Source: a virus (taxonomy: Duplodnaviria > Caudoviricetes). Taken from it: DNA of 36,878 nucleotides. Each line of letters begins with the position of its first letter. The stretch's first letter is position 1. The position numbers were made by a program, and so were the translations under genes. The stretch is taken from positions 1 through 36,878 of IMG/VR virus record IMGVR_UViG_3300014656_001149; one strand, written 5' to 3'. The notes beneath the pieces are model-generated. The model did no database searches. It saw only the letters and a program-made list of their open reading frames with translations, and was not told the origin of the DNA. Positions 35,827 through 36,878 of this stretch are shown one piece after another.

Positions 35827-36099
35827 ATGGGAACTAGAGAACCTATCAACCTATCAACTGTGGACTATGTACCCGTAGAGGATGTCCCAAAACGGACACG
35901 AGATGGGAAATGGCTATCATTTTTTAACGAGCTGCCTGATGGTAAAGTAGCTTTACTCAGATACAATAATAAACAAAGAGCGTATCAGGTTAGGCATAGC
36001 GTAAGGCAGATAGCCATACATTACGGCATCACAAGTTCAATCAAAACAAAAACAATACACGGGACTGATGAATGGTTACTTTATATTTGGAGGGTGTGA
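35827..36099 (+). CDS. Hypothetical protein
   Basis: Coupled ORF, 90 aa. Confidence 0.65.
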   Translation: MGTREPINLSTVDYVPVEDVPKRTRDGKWLSFFNELPDGKVALLRYNNKQRAYQVRHSVRQIAIHYGITSSIKTKTIHGTDEWLLYIWRV

Positions 36100-36100
36100 A

Positions 36101-36313
36101 ATGAATCCAATCATAAGTGAAAAGGTTAAAGCCAGTTTGAAACTACAGACTACTTGCCCTAAATGTGGGGCTTCATGGAAGGAATTAGATAATTCTCTAC
36201 ATGAAAGCATGGACAGCCCGAATTGGTATCTAGCATTGACTGTAATCCGCAACTGTAAAGTTTGCCAACTCAGGTTTCAGACTGAGGTTAAAATCCTGAC
36301 AGGGGAGGACTGA
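36101..36313 (+). CDS. Small zinc-ribbon protein
   Basis: GGAGGG RBS before ATG 36101; CPKC...CKVC. Confidence 0.65.
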   Translation: MNPIISEKVKASLKLQTTCPKCGASWKELDNSLHESMDSPNWYLALTVIRNCKVCQLRFQTEVKILTGED

Positions 36314-36315
36314 AT

Positions 36316-36878
36316 ATGTTACATACCACATTCAGAAAGGCAAAAGCAGCGAGAGCTTGTACTTCAAGTTACAGAGCAATGGCTGAAGCCCTCGGCGGAG
36401 TAAGTAAATATGGGTTAGATACCCCTATTCCGCTCAGTAAAATATTAGAGGTTTGTGGGTTAGATGATACCATATGGTCACTACGGATTGTTCTTGAACC
36501 AGCCGATAGGGAAATTAGGGAAATAAGGTTATTTGCCTGTGATTGTGCCGAGAGGGTATTACCTCTATTTGAGCAACAACATCCTAATGACGATAGACCT
36601 CGGCAAGCTATCATCATCGCCCGGCAATTTGCTAATGGTAAAGCCACAAAAAAGGACTTGGATACTGCTACTTGGGCTGCTTGGGCTGCTGGGGCTACTT
36701 GGGCTGCTTGGGATGCTGGGGATGCTGCTTGGGCTGCTGCTAGGGATGCTGGGGATGCTGCTTGGGCTGCTGCTAGGGATGCTGGGGCTACTGGGTCTGC
36801 TGGGGCTGCTGCTAGGGATGCTGGGGATGCTGCTTGGGCTGCTGCTAGGGATGCTGGGGATGCTGCTTGGGCTGCTGC
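36316..36878 (+). CDS. Imm5-like domain protein with Ala-rich repeats (3' truncated)
   Basis: GGAGG RBS; RLFACDCAERVLPLFEQQHPNDDRPRQAI..ARQFANG followed by AAWAAARD repeats; absent from the ORF track because there is no stop. Confidence 0.8.
   Translation, partial: MLHTTFRKAKAARACTSSYRAMAEALGGVSKYGLDTPIPLSKILEVCGLDDTIWSLRIVLEPADREIREIRLFACDCAERVLPLFEQQHPNDDRPRQAIIIARQFANGKATKKDLDTATWAAWAAGATWAAWDAGDAAWAAARDAGDAAWAAARDAGATGSAGAAARDAGDAAWAAARDAGDAAWAA
36661..36878 (+). repeat. Coding tandem repeat, 33-bp unit GCTGGGGATGCTGCTTGGGCTGCTGCTAGGGAT
   Basis: Exact units at 36715, 36748 and 36820; partial unit at 36853; variant at 36781. Confidence 0.9.

Larger units (their letters stand above)
1..36878 (+). 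mobile_element. Tailed bacteriophage/prophage genome segment (podovirus-like morphogenesis module)
   Basis: Terminase, portal, ejection-type protein, scaffold, capsid and tail-like genes in co-linear, tightly coupled order; no tape measure or sheath gene; no host housekeeping genes. Confidence 0.93.

Noticed and set aside
2332-36647. Minus-strand and alternate-frame ORFs overlapping long + strand genes (e.g. 2332..2718, 9054..9446, 10075..10644, 27742..28152, 36369..36647)
   Set aside because: Shadow ORFs of well-supported genes with no recognisable motifs
36661-36878. CRISPR array
   Set aside because: Tandem in-frame coding repeat with no unique spacers
1-36878. tRNA/rRNA genes, integrase or att sites
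   Set aside because: None recognised by eye and intergenic gaps are short; a tRNAscan/Infernal run would be needed to exclude small RNAs

Overview
This window is most of the late (morphogenesis) region of a tailed phage or prophage, probably podovirus-like since there is no tape-measure or sheath gene. Genes are nearly all on the + strand, with sigma70-type promoters and strong AGGAGG ribosome-binding sites. Order: PAPS-reductase-family gene, short minus-strand operon, small and large terminase, portal, 2227-aa ejection-type protein, Com-like zinc finger, scaffold, major capsid, decoration-like protein, tail/LamG proteins, holin-like genes, then an HNH/Xre/Imm5-like block cut off by the window end. 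The standout is a sugar-activation and tailoring enzyme set woven into the virion genes: a GHMP sugar kinase, a nucleotidyltransferase, a TPP-dependent alpha/beta pair, three radical SAM enzymes and a GT2 next to the capsid genes. This suggests a phage-encoded pathway for an unusual glycan. Several of these enzymes look miniaturised, and one B12 radical SAM gene is split at its domain linker by an inserted zinc-ribbon ORF. Also notable are a LAGLIDADG remnant flanked by a duplicated, recoded translation-start region (ATG to ATC), a visible duplication scar between two LamG cassettes, and a stand-alone S4-like mini-ORF. All functional calls come from motif recognition by eye; no database searches were run.
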